A DNA stretch of 64,000 bases, taken from assembly GCF_009914755.1 (NCBI RefSeq), contig NC_060930.1. One strand, written 5' to 3'. The position numbers and the translations under genes were made by a program. Below the pieces are notes generated by a model, which did not search any database, was not told the DNA's origin, and saw nothing but the letters and a program-made list of their open reading frames with translations. Below, in pieces: positions 26,669-39,320 of the stretch (its first letter is position 1; every line of letters begins with the position of its first letter). The stretch is from the human T2T-CHM13v2.0 reference genome, Homo sapiens.

Positions 26669-27064
26669 GGTATACTTTAAAATTTGTCACTTGGTTTTAA
26701 ACTTTACAGGAGGTTATAAGATGACAAATTGAAAATGTCAAGAAGGGCATTCTAGAAATTATAAATAAAATGGTAAGAAAAGAGTTTCCTGCCACTGGAT
26801 AAATCGAATGAAATGATTAACTGTCAGATAAATTGTAGAGAAACTTCTTGCATCAGTGGGATGAATGAAGACAGTTCTGACTCACACCCTCATCCTACAA
26901 ATGCCCTAGTAGCAAAGTCTGTACCTGAACAGGCTGTGTAATTATTCTCCTCTGTGCTAAGTGAGACAGAAGCATGTAGTTGACTTTATTATAATGGGAT
27001 CTTTTCAATCTCCAAAGGGCATTGATTTGTTTTCTAGTCTGTATTTGCATTAATTTTTGCTCTT

Positions 27065-27850
27065 TAAAATAAAACCAATGACCACTTTATGTCTACTAAG
27101 ATGGCTATAATGGTAATATATTTTTTAAACACAGAAAATAACAAGTGTTGGCAAGAATATAGAGAAATTAGAGCCCTCATACATTGCTGGTGGGAATGTA
27201 AAATGGTGCAGATGCTGCTGAAAACAACTGGACAGTTTTTCAGAGTTAAAGAATTGTCACATAGAATTCTCAACATGGAATTACCATGTAAACCAGAAAT
27301 TCCACTCCTAGATATACATACCCAAGAGCATTTGAAAATATTCATGTACAAAAACTGAAAAAAAATTATGTATAAAAAAACTTGTGTAAGAATGTTCATA
27401 GTGGGATTATTTATAATAGTAAAAGTAGAAACAACACGTGTCCATCAATTAATGAATGTGTAAAGTTTGGTATACCCATACAACAGAATATCATTCAGCC
27501 ATAAAAAGAAAGAAAGTACTGTGATGCTACAAGATGGACAAGCTTTGAAAACATGCTGAGTGAAAGAAGTCAGACACCAAAGGCCACATATTGTATGATT
27601 CCATTTGTGTAAGATGTCCAGAATAGGCAAATCCATAGAGATAGAAAGTACATTTGTGATTTCCAAGGGCTGGAGCAGGAAGGGAGCATTGGGAGTGATT
27701 GCTGTGGATATGGGTTTATTTTAGGAGTAATGAAAATGTTCTAAAATCAGTTTGAGGTGATGGTTACACAGCTTTGCGAATATACTAAAAACCACTCGGC
27801 TGCACTCTTTTCAATGGTGAATTTTATGTAATGTAAATTATATCTCAAAA
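27065..27850 (+). mobile_element. L1MB-like 3' end
   Basis: ORF2 C-terminal remnant (CWQE..ALIHCWWECKMVQ) and an L1M 3'UTR ending AAATTATATCTCAA. Confidence 0.88.
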
Positions 27851-28767
27851 TCGTGTCAATGATTTGGAATAAGTAGAATTATGTTTAAAAAATTATGGCA
27901 CTTTTCCATTTCTCTAACATTTCCAAAGGTTATAGAGGGTTCTGGCCCCGCCTTGCTCCCCTCTTAGCCTAGCTGTTTTACCACTCTGTACATTGACGTT
28001 TTTATAGATCTACATGAAGTGTGCAGTTATTCAAAACAACTTGTAACATAAACTATGACTATTCCTTCCCTGGAGATCTGGAGGCTGTTTTCTAATTTTT
28101 CTTCCCTGAGTTTCTTGTGGCTCTCGTACTGTGATTGCCATTGAGGTCCCCGCAGTTGAGAATGTGAGTGGCTCAGCAGGGAACTGCACAGAACTGGGGA
28201 TACTTGCGAGCTGGGAACAACCTTAGGTGGGCACTGGTGGCCTCCAGAACGCAGATGAGAGAGCAGGGGATTCCAGGTAGAGGAAGAGAGATCACAAGCT
28301 GGTGTGGCTGGGCTCCAACTTTAAAGCTAAAATGATCAAAGATCCCCAAAATTTCAGAGCAAGAAATATGGGGAAGTCAACGTTATTGTGTGAATAACAT
28401 CAGCCTTTGGTTGGTTGATGGATGGCTATTGAGTTTGGGGGTTCTTCTGTGATCTTATTAGTTGCTACAGATATTCTCAGTATCTCTTAGCACCTTGTAA
28501 ACAGAGGAAAGAGAAGCCTGCATCTCCTCTCCTCAGCAGATAAACATCTGGGGACAGTGACAAAGCCCACAGACCCTGATGGTGTCTTTGATATACAGCC
28601 ACAATACGCATTTTGACACCGAGTAGATGCTTTTAGATGATGAAATCAGTGGTTTGAATTGAGGCATTTGTGTGAAGTTCATGAGCTTTCATGCCATGAT
28701 TGGCTTAAGTAATTCAGAACTAGCTGCGTGTGGGTGCCGTGGAAATACTCTTTCAATCTCTTTCTTA

Positions 28768-28839
28768 TTGGGCCATTTTTGTGCAAAAGAAATTGCTGTT
28801 TTAATGGCAAAACCAGCAATTACTTTTGCACCTACCCAA
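28768..28839. mobile_element. MADE1 (mariner-derived MITE), degenerate
   Basis: GTGCAAAAGAAATTGCTG ... CAGCAATTACTTTTGCACC inverted arms matching the Made1/Hsmar1 TIRs. Confidence 0.85.
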
Positions 28840-28891
28840 GAGTTCATGGGATATTCAAAGCAATTTTCCGAACTGTATCCTCCAACTCGAG

Positions 28892-28923
28892 GCAGTTACT
28901 GTGAAACCACTAGATGGCACAGT
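28892..28923 (+). promoter_or_regulatory. CTCF-like site with upstream module
   Basis: Core CCACTAGATGGCAC (28907-28920), preceded by GCAGT 10 nt upstream. Confidence 0.65.
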
Positions 28924-29771
28924 CATGCTAGATGTAATCAAGACTTCAGCAGAAATGAAAAAGTGAGTCTTGCTAGATTACTTCATCAGATACTTAAGCT
29001 GTAGTTTACTTCCCCTCTCCAAAATTTTTCTACGTGTTAGTAATTTATGTCTTCCAGATCGTGTAAATACAGATGTGTTAGACTTAGTCATCTAAATCAA
29101 TTGTTCAGTGACTACAGCCAAACTATAAAAAATGATTACTTCTCTTTGATTTCAGTTCAAGTATTTTTACTATTCCTTTGCCACACATTTATTTTTCATA
29201 CAGTTACATCAGCGCCCTGGGTCCCTTTTCTTTTGTACACATAGTGATAGAGAGGGAAATTACTCATCTCCAACGTCCTGGAAATTGTTTTCCAGCGCAT
29301 AAATTTCCTAGCCCTCTGAAAGATGTCAATCATTTTCTTTAGCAGGGCATTAGGGAACTCCAGCTTTCCGAAAGATGTTAGGAAAGAAATGTCATGTCCG
29401 AAGACACAAAGTAAATGATTACTTTCTTTACCCAGCTTTATTTGTCATTTGTCTTAAAAAAAAAAATAGGAGAAGTGTTTTATTCACAGTCAGAGGCTAG
29501 GGCAGCAAGACAAGGCACGTTAGTGAGGCTGTAAATACCACTGTGTCCACGTTCACTTAACACAACGCCATCTCCCAGCGCAGCCCCAGCCCCTCTGCAC
29601 CCCCCGCCCCACTGCACCCCTTAATGCCAGAAACACTCAGGCCCCCCGAAAGTTTAGTAGGGCTGCATTTAGAACAAGTCCAGAGCCAACAAAGGAAAAT
29701 AGTGGAAGACACTTAGGAGGGAGAAGAGAGAAATGAAATTTATTTAGCCCGAGGTCCCCACGCCATGAATG

Positions 29772-29788
29772 TGGCCAGCAGGGGGCTT
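29772..29788 (+). promoter_or_regulatory. CTCF-like site in a CpG-enriched patch
   Basis: TGGCCAGCAGGGGGCTT, with GC boxes at ~29602 and ~29986 and locally elevated CpG. Confidence 0.6.
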
Positions 29789-30090
29789 CTCGTGCGGACG
29801 CTCAAAGCCGGAAGAGCCAGCAGGCACGGAAGCCCTCGTGGGAGCCGGGAGTTCCATGGCGAGGCCCCCCGCTGCTGCCCCAAGAAACGCTTGGGTTTGA
29901 GATCTCAGGAAACACGGAGAGCCCCCACTGCGATGGTGACGGCCCTGGAGTGGGTGGTGCTAAGGAAAGGGCAGCACACCCTTGAGGGCGGGAAGTGAAT
30001 GGGGTGAGAGTTGGCACTGCTGGCCATGTTTTCCTCCATTTCCTTATGGGACTCAGTTTCCTCAAAGGAAGAACCAAAATGAATAAAGTC

Positions 30091-30453
30091 TGATATGGTT
30101 TGGCTGTGTCCCCACCCAAATCTCACCTTGAATTGTAGCTCCCATAATTCCCACATGCAGTGGGAGGGACCCCCTAGGAGGTAATTGAATTGGGAGGGTG
30201 GGCCTTTTCCGTGCTATTCTTGTGATAGTGAGTAAGTCTTATGAGATCTGATGGTTTTATGAAGGGCAGTTCCCCTCCACACGCTCTCTTGCCTGCCTCC
30301 ATGTAAGATGTGTCTTGGTTCCTCTTCGTCCTCTGCCATGATTGTGAGGCCTCCCCAGCCACATGGAACTGTGAGTCAATTAAACTTCTTTCCTTTATAA
30401 ATTACGCAGCCTTGGGTATGTCTTTATTAGCAGCCTGAGAACAGACTAATACA
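30091..30453 (+). mobile_element. THE1 solo LTR (MaLR)
   Basis: TGATATGGTTTGGCTGTGTCCCCACCCAAATCTC ... CAGACTAATACA. Confidence 0.93.
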
Positions 30454-30974
30454 GAATCTAGTTTTTTATACAAAGAGATTGAGAAACAGCCCTTGATTGT
30501 GCTGACAAGATTTTAGGAGCTGTTTATAAGCGCCCTACTGAGGACTCTGGAGATGATCCTTCATTCTAGAATTATAAGGTTAAAGTTGTTTGTTTGTTTT
30601 TTCTACTTGCCTAGTCCTTGGTGTATATAAAGAATCTTGTGGTACTTTGGTATTTATTAAGAGATAGAAAGTCTTTAATTTTTGAATACATTGGATCAAT
30701 TTTTATATAGTATTGCATTTTTTATAACCCTTATTTACTTTTTATTTTTAAACCCCACCGTCTTCTCTATTCTCTTGACCCAGATGTCATGTAATAAGTT
30801 ATGACATTATACATTTTCACCTTAGAGCTATGTTCTGGGGCTTGGCGCTCCTATTATTTAAAAAATGGTGTCTTCTATGAGAAAACATGAATATTAAAGT
30901 AGACATGAATTTAGTTTTGTATAATTAAATTGAATCCCAGGATGGCAAAGATTTAAATATGATTTATACTTGGC

Positions 30975-31360
30975 ATTAGTAGCAGCAAGTAATACTTGCT
31001 GCAGTAACAAAAAACCATTTCAGTGGCTTTGTACAATGAAGGTTTATTTCTCACTCTCATCACCATTCAACAGAGAGAGAGCCCTGCTCCATACATTCAT
31101 TCAGGGATCCAGGCTCTTTCAAACTGGTTGCTCTGTCATCTTCTAGTACCATGGTTCCCTCTACCAATGCTTTGCATCCTATCAACAGGTGACAAAAGAG
31201 AGGGCAAATGGATAAATCACATTCCACTCAACCGCCTCAGTCTGAAGATGACATACATAATTTCTGCTTACATCCCATTCATAAGAACTAGTCCCAAGGA
31301 CCTATCTCAAGAAGAAGAGAACATGGATATTGTTGCAAAGTATTCTGATATCTACCATAC
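30975..31360 (-). mobile_element. Old MaLR LTR (MLT1J/K-like)
   Basis: GCTGCAGTAACAAA...CAGTGGCTT...GGTTTATTTCTCACTC...CATTCAGGGATCCAGGCT. Confidence 0.6.
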
Positions 31361-31365
31361 ACACA

Positions 31366-31763
31366 CGTTAAATCAAGTTTAGCCTAAAGCTGCCTCCTTA
31401 CATATTCTAAATTTAGCCTAAAGGTTTCTCCCTATATGGTGAGCTATACATTAAATGGAGGTATAAACAGACTGTAACCTATTTCTGTGACAATCATTGA
31501 GTTTTGGCCAATCAAAGGGGGCCAACTGTTCAAGCCATGTTCAAATAAGGTAAATGCCAAGATGTAACCAATCCAGCTGTTTCTGCACCTCACTTCTGTT
31601 TTCTGTGTGTCACTTTCCTTTTTCTGACCATAACTTTTCCACCAGATGGCTGCGTTGGAGTCTCTGAGCCTACTCTGGCTTGGGAGGCTGCCCAATTTGC
31701 AAATCATTCTTTGTTCAACTAAACCGTGTTAAATTTAATTTGTCTAAGTTTTTTCTTTTAGCA
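31366..31763 (+). mobile_element. MER57 solo LTR (ERV1)
   Basis: GTTAAATCAAGTTTAGCCTAAAGCTGCCTCCTTACATA ... TTTTTCTTTTAGCA, with 4-bp TSD CACA. Confidence 0.85.
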
Positions 31764-32057
31764 CACATGTGCCAGCAATACAAAGTTTGAGAAGATACTA
31801 AACTATTTGTTTCAGGGTGAGAAATGCCATGTCTCACTCCTTGATGTACTCCCCCAGAAGAATCCGCCCACTCATACCATACCCAGTCAGGAATAAGCAA
31901 AATATGGCCTTGGGAATTAACTTCCTATTTCCAGCATTTGTTTAAACTAAAGAATCTTGGTGAAGTGTTGACCAAGGGAATTTTAAAGTAAAACAGCATA
32001 TTTTAAAAGTTGATTTAATCTAGTCCTTAAGAAAACAGGCTTTAAGTCCTTTGTAAA

Positions 32058-32599
32058 TGTGGAAGCCAGCCTACAAGATGGCCCCCAATGATTCTGTTGC
32101 TGATATTCCACCCTGTGTCATCTCCTCCCACTTTGAATAAGGCTGACTTGTGCAGCCAATAGAATACTGTGAAATGAGAGAGTGTGATTTTTGAGACTGG
32201 GTCACTAAAGTCATTGCAGCTTCCCTTGCTTTCTTTTGGATTACTTGCTCTTGGGAAAGCCAGTTGCCACATTGTAAGAACACTCAAGAAGCCATGCAGA
32301 GAGGGCCACATGATGAGGAAATGAAGCCTTCTTCCAACAGCCGGCACCGACTTGCCAGCCATGTGAGTGCACCATTTTGGAATCAAATCTTCCACCTCTA
32401 ATTAGGCCTTCAGATGGCTGCAGCCCTAGATGACTTTTGACTACAATTTCTTGAGACACCCTGAACCAGAACCACTCAGTTAAGCTGCTCCCAATTTCCT
32501 GATCCATAGAAATGGTGTAAGATAATAAATGTTTATCGTTGTTTTAAGCCACTAAATTCAGAAGTAATTTATTCCATAGGAACAGCTAAAATAAATACA
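32058..32599 (+). mobile_element. MLT1F-like MaLR solo LTR
   Basis: TGTGGAAGCCAGCCTACAAGATGGCCCCCAATGA ... AATAAATGTTT...TTTAAGCCACTAAATT...AATACA. Confidence 0.85.
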
Positions 32600-33229
32600 G
32601 TATATCCAGACAATCTGTTCTCCTGTTGTGGGTTTTGGAATGGTGGGTTAACAGCAGACAAAAAGCAAAAGAGGGGACCCCCTGATCTTATCCCACCAAT
32701 TAGAAATATATATGATTTAAATAGATTCGCTTTCTGCTTTTTAAAATGTTCATAAAAATACTGGCACTTCAACCAGATTAAGTTCATTACCATATAAATA
32801 ACCCTAGCTAGATTGCTTTTCTTTTTGAGAAGAAAAGATCATTAACTTAAATAGAATATCATTTATTTAAATTTTCACAAGAACCATATGCTGGAGGTTA
32901 TTGCCATGTTTACAGATAAGAAAATGAAGTCTTATGGAGTTTAAATAGTTTGACTATACTATAAATGGCAGAGTCGGGGTAGTACAATTCTAGAAGCTGC
33001 GTTTCATCCATATTGGTTCCTAAGCCTACCTGAAGTCAATCATTTTTCTCTGTGAAGAGTCGAGACCCCAAGAGGAGGGTAGAGTTAGTTTTGGAGCCTG
33101 GTACATGCTGGGCAAGGAGAGACCCAGGTTGCAGCTTGACATAGTTCAGTGCAGTTGAACAACTGTTTGCCAAACACTAATTTGGTAGCATAAATGCTTT
33201 TTAGGTCCTACTGGCTGTGGATTCTTGAT

Positions 33230-33480
33230 GGTAATAACAATGACAGCAATGACAGCATGATGCCAACTGCATCTCAGATACTGTTCTGATATATTCACAT
33301 GTGTTAACCCATTTTATCCTACAACAATCCATGGGTAGGAACTGTTATTGTCGCTATTTTACTGATGAGGCACTAAGGCAAAGAGAGATGAAATAACCTG
33401 TCCAAGGTCACCCACCCAGCTAGTAAGAAGTGGAGCTAGGACTCAAACCAGAGAGGCTGACTGCAGAGTCTATGTGTCTG
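33230..33480 (-). mobile_element. MIR SINE
   Basis: CTATTTTACTGATGAGG...CCAAGGTCACC...CAGCTAGTAAGAAGTGGAGCTAGGACTCAAACC. Confidence 0.8.
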
Positions 33481-34089
33481 ACCTTTCCAGGTGGCTCGAT
33501 TAATGAGTTAGGCCTGTCCTATATCTGCTGGCTTAGTGTCTACCCCACTGCTGTCCCTACTCCTCACATTCCTCATGTCTTGTTCTCCACCGGTGTCTTG
33601 CCGCTGCTCCGGCCCTTCCCACCGTTGCTGAGCTCACCTGCATGGATGCACTGTGTTCTACTGCTCTGTGGATGCACACATGGTGGCCAGTGTGTTCTTG
33701 GACCCCTGGGAGTCCTTGGGATATCTGTGCTTCCTGCTAGAGCTATAAGAGTGCTGAACAGGCAATTACCCCAATGTCCCTAACTTTGATGCAGCCCGAA
33801 GCAATCTTCAGAGACCGCCAAATAGTCTGAACTCAAGCAGGGCAGGGTCATTCTCAAGCTGTGATTTGTAGAAGAATCACCTGGTGTACCTACTTAAAAT
33901 GCAGATCCCCAGGAACTGTGGGAAATTCTGAGCCTATGGGTTTGGGGTAGTGCTGGTTACTCTGAGGCAGGAAACTACCTCCAAGCCTTAGAAGACTCCC
34001 ACAACAGGGAAATGCCCTCCTCTTCACATGCCCCCCTTGGAGGACTTACTCTCCTTCCCGGAGTTTTCATGTTTCAAGCATCGTTTTAC

Positions 34090-34404
34090 GCCATCTTAAT
34101 CCATTCAGGCTCCTATGCTGTAATGCCATAGATTGGATGGCTTATAAACAACAGAAATTTATTTTTCACAGTTCTAGAAGCTGAGAAGTCCAAGATCAAA
34201 GTGCTAGAAACTTCTGTGTCTGGTGAAGGCCTACTTTCTAATTCATGGATGGTGACTTCTCATTGTTCCCGCATGGTAGAAGGGGCAGGGTAGCTCTCTG
34301 GGGCCTCTAATCCTCCCAAAGGCCCCTTCTCCTAACGCCATCACCTTGGGGATTAGGTTTCAACATGCGAATTTTGGGGAGACACACTCATTCAGACCAT
34401 GGTA
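34090..34404 (-). mobile_element. MLT1A-like MaLR LTR
   Basis: GGCTTATAAACAACAGAAATTTATTTTTCACAGTTCT...CATTCAGACCATGG. Confidence 0.85.
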
Positions 34405-34718
34405 CATGTTTTCCATAATGACTGCCTCCTTCTCTCCAGATCAGGTGACTGGGTCTGGCCCCCACTGTGGCCCACATGCCCCTTTCTCACGATCAGTGAT
34501 CTGTTGTCCTCTAGGGCCCCAGGCGAATCAGAGAAGATGGCTCAGACACCATCCCAGAGTGCCCAATTCCACTCAGTGGCTGCTGGGAGCAGCAGGCCAG
34601 GCCTGGATCACCAGCCCTACCCGTAAGGGCCTTAGTTGCTGGTAGACAGTCAGAAATGTAAGCAGATTATCAGTATCGAATGGAAAGAGCTGACAAAGAA
34701 GTATGAATTGGGTCCCAT

Positions 34719-36553
34719 TGATGGCAGGGGCAGGCCTTCTGGAGCAGCCGCTGCCATCATGCTGGCTGCAGCAGGGAGGTGCGGCCAGGTATGCACACTC
34801 CATGGAGTCAGTGGGAACTGGGGACAAGCAGGTGCCCCACCCCTTCTAAGTTGGGGCAGGAGCTCCCTGGGTGCTGCTGCAGCCACCCAAGCCATGACTG
34901 TGGACCTGGGCATCCCTGTGCTCTTGGAGGGGCCAGGAGCAGGCAGGAACCCCACCTTCCCAGGCGCAGCTGCAGTTACCCAAGTTGCAGCTGTAGACCC
35001 AGGCCTCCTGCTCCATGGAGCAGGCAGGAGCCCCACCCCTCAGGGTGCAGCTGCAGCCACCCAAATCAATCTGCAGACCCAGACATCTCTGTGCTCTTGG
35101 AGGCCCATGAAGGCCAACCCTGCTCTCACAGGCTCCAAAATATCTGCTCCTGCTGCTTGGTTTCTCCCTGTTGTCAGTGCCTGCTCTGATCATGGAGCAA
35201 AGTCAGGGCTGAGTCCAGGGCTGTTACAGCCTGGCTGGGTGTGCACACGCTTAGGGCAGTGCTGACACACAAGGCCCCTTCCACCTTGGCCCCCTCTGGA
35301 CTTTGGGTGCCAACGAGTATAGGTGTGAAGCCAAGGGGTGCTGAGGGCAGCTCGGCACTGGCCTACAGGTGCCCCTTGGCACCTACAGCCTGGCACCATA
35401 AAAATCGACAGGAGGCAGACAGGTTCCTTGGCGGAAGGGGGGCAAGTCCCTGGTGAGGCCTTACCTTCACATCAGGGAGGGCCTGAAGGCTGTGGGCTGG
35501 GCTGCCAGTCCCGCCAACTGGAGTGGGAACTTGTGGTTCCTTTTCCAGGCCCACCCATGGTCATGGGCCAATTGGCATTCACTTCTTCCCCTCTGTGGCT
35601 TATAAAAGCCCCAGGCTCTGCCAAAGCCGAGCAGACATCAGGATGACTTAGCTGTAGAGAGAAGCTACCCACTCAGGACCTCCTCTATGCTGAGAGCTGG
35701 GAAGATGATGGGACGACCTGCATGTAGACAGGAATGACCCCATCCAGTGCTGCCTCTGCTGAGAGCTGCAGAGATGATGGGATGACCTGCCCGCAGAGAG
35801 GAGCTTCTCACTCCAGGGTCTCCTCTGTGCTAGGAGCTGAACACTCGTTGGGATGCCCTGGCTGTAGAAAGGGCCTAACCCCTGCATGTCACCTCTAAGC
35901 TGTTCTATTGCTCAACAAAGCTCCTCTTTGTCTTGCACACCCTCCACTTTTCTGCATCACTCATTCTTCCTGGTTGCAGGACAAGAACTCAGGACCCATC
36001 AAATGGCAGGGCTAAAAGAGCTGTAACACACACAGAGTTGAAATATGCCCCTTGCTCACCATGTTGCAAGTGAAGAGAAGGGGAGAAGAGCTGTGGCCCT
36101 TCAGGGGGCCCAGACCTGTGAGCTCCCCGAGCCAGGGCTGTGATTCCCTCTCTGGAACCCTGTGGTTCCTGGTATCTCCAAGCTTCTGGGCACCATCGCA
36201 ATTCCCGGTGCCATCAGGGGAAGCTGCTTGTGGTGTGCCTGGTCCAGCTGCAGCCTTGCAGAGAGCTGGCACCCATGCTGGCACCTGGAGCTGCGCGCAT
36301 CATGGCAGCAGCCGGTGTGTCCAACTGCACAGTGGCTGGACCCCTCACTTGCTCACACAGCCCTCGCTGCTCCATGCCTGACTCACAGTCTCCCTTGGAG
36401 GTGTGGGATCCAGGGCGGTAGCATGAGCTGAGCACAGCCTACATGGCCAAGTGGGTGGAACAAACCCAGCAGGCCCAAAGCAAAACTCGGGCAAAGACAC
36501 CACCGGCCACAGGTTTCCAGCAAGAAAAGTAACACCCCAAAGATCCCGTAACA
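34719..36553 (+). mobile_element. MER52-like (ERV1) long solo LTR
   Basis: TGATGGCAG...CTGGAGCAGCCGCTGCCATC start and AAAGATCCCGTAACA end, with perfect 4-bp TSD CCAT. GC-rich internal repeats and TATAAAA at 35601. Confidence 0.88.
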
Positions 36554-36664
36554 CCATCAGAGCATAGACAGGGGGCCTTTTGCTTAAAATGCCCAACACT
36601 CAGGGAAGTTTACCAAATAAAGTGATATGTGACATGGCTGTGAAACACTAGTAATAGTCTAGGC

Positions 36665-36970
36665 CACGGGCTGGCAAACTACATCCCCTGGACCACATCC
36701 AGCCCACAAGCTAACAATAGTTTTTACGTTTTTGAATAATTGAAAAAAAATCAAGAGAAGAAGAATATTTTACGCCATATGACAACATGAAATTCCAACT
36801 CTAGTTTCTATAAATCGAGTTGTATGGGAATACAGCCATGCTCATTTGTTTCTGAATTGTTTGTGGCTGCTTTTGTGAGTTGATTTGTTGCAACAGAGAC
36901 TGTGTGGCCTGCAAAGCCTCAAATATTTACCGTCTGGCCCTTGACAGCAAAAGTGTGCCAACTTTTGCTC
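36665..36970. mobile_element. MER58 (hAT-Charlie)
   Basis: GGGCTGGCAAACTAC...GGCCTGCAAAGCCTCAAATATTTACCGTCTGGCCCTT...TGCCAAC. Confidence 0.85.
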
Positions 36971-38930
36971 CAGATAGGAAGGTGCTCTGGGCAGAGGCAC
37001 AAGGTGAGAAAACACATCCGTGGTATGTGCATGGAGCTGCCTGCTTTAAGCAGTGTTCTCAGAGGAAGGAGGGTGAGGAAGAGGACGTTGGACAGCAAGG
37101 CCGAGGCAACCAAAGGGGCCATGTGGTCCGGAGAGTGATGGGCCTTGCTTAGATGTCGCTCCTGTGTAATCAGGAGCTCTGGAAAGCAGGGAGACGCAGC
37201 AATAAGAACTGAAAGCTAAAGCTGAGGAGGGGAGGGGTGGCAAGTTGGCCATTTAACAGGCTGAGGGGAGGGAGGCCCAGAGGTAGAAGAGAGAAAAGCC
37301 AGGAAGGGTGAAGAAGCTCCGCGTGTTGGGTAGTTTTGCAGAGGATGAATATGTAGGTGCAGTTGTGCCAGGCGCTACTGCCATGTCCCCACTGCCATTC
37401 CAGTCACTCGGTTCCTATGATGAAGTCTCATCTTCATTATTTATTGTCCAAGTCCACAATGAGGATTTCCAGTGGGAAGTTACCCTTTTGGATTTTCTCA
37501 GATCATGAAAAATATGATTGTGTACCTACAAGACACTTATAACCAGTGAAGTGCCATATAAATGTCAGCTGTTACTGATCAACTGAGGCAAAATTAGGGG
37601 TAGGTCACTGCAGGACAGTTTAGATGGTTAAATGTTGTCTTTTCTTCAATACTTACTACTATTTGCAGTTTATTCCAGAGGTTATTCTTGATTCATGCTG
37701 TGTCACTCCTTATGTGACTTTCCGTATAAAATTGTCGCCATGAGTTATTAGTTAGGCGAGCAGTTTAATCATTTCTCACCATTTGTCTCTGTTCAGGGAG
37801 AACTAGCATAACTATCATGCATTTAATGAACTCTCTAGATAATTATACTCAATGTCTTGCAGGAGGTGGGGGAACTAAAGATCCAGGGCTAACTCTATTC
37901 TTATATGGTAATTAATCACTTGGACAATCTTCCAGTAAAAGAGGCACGAACTTTAGTTCCTGCAAAGGCCAGGAACTGAGGGAGGGGAATGAGGAAGGAT
38001 GGAGCACTTTAGAGAATCTTTCTAACCTCAAGTACACCCAGGGAGCACTGAGTCTTGGGCATTACAACGAGAAAAATGATTAAGAAGCCACAGCAAATGC
38101 TCTCTCAGCGCTATTTTGCTTTTATTTATATTTGGGGGGAGGAATGAAGTCAGAATTATTTTTAAATAAGAGAGATGATAAAAACCAAACCATTAAAAGT
38201 CACTGATTAAATATTCATAACACAGTCCCACATCCTTAGCAGGCATCCTGGGAGGTGGGATGTCTTCCTGTGATTCAGGGACGGGACATCCATCTCACCT
38301 GGAGTCAGTTTGCTGGTGGCCATCTCAGGTCCCAGCCACCCCACGTCTCAAATTAACCATCCTTGGGGCTGGACCACTGCCCACCATGTTCATATTCCTT
38401 CACTTTTTGGGCTTTCTTTTCAAACCATGGCCACAAATGCAGTCTTAAGTTTGCTGAACTTGTCATTTCCCCTAAAAGAGCAAAATCTCACCGTTTGTTT
38501 TATTTCTGGGAGGACAGAGGTGAAAAGCAGGCCTGGAGTGGTGGCCATAAACCCATGGCTGTGGGCTGCTCTGAATAGAGTAGGGGAGGTGGGAGGGAAT
38601 ATTATATTTCCACTGGCCATGAAAAACCACTAAGACAGAGCAACTCCCATGACCCTTCCCACCACAATTAAAAGGGGCAAAGTTTTACAAGCTCAGTTTA
38701 CTGTGGAAGACGGTTCCAGTCTCAAAGTAGATTCTAGCCATGCATGTGAATTAACAAGAGATTAGACAGAGAGCAAAAGCTATGAAAGTACACTTAGAAC
38801 CTTTCTCTTCTTAATCGTGACCTAAAAGTAGGAACGGCTGCCTATTTTGAGGGGCCGAGTGCAAAACAAAAATGCAGAGCCCCCCTGTTCAAAATTTAAG
38901 AATTCTATACTCAAGAGAGCAGAGCATTAA

Positions 38931-39320
<390 letters not shown>

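Noticed and set aside
34636-36435. Dense overlapping ORFs up to 209 aa
   Set aside because: They lie in a GC-rich MER52-like LTR where stop codons are scarce. There is no recognisable domain.
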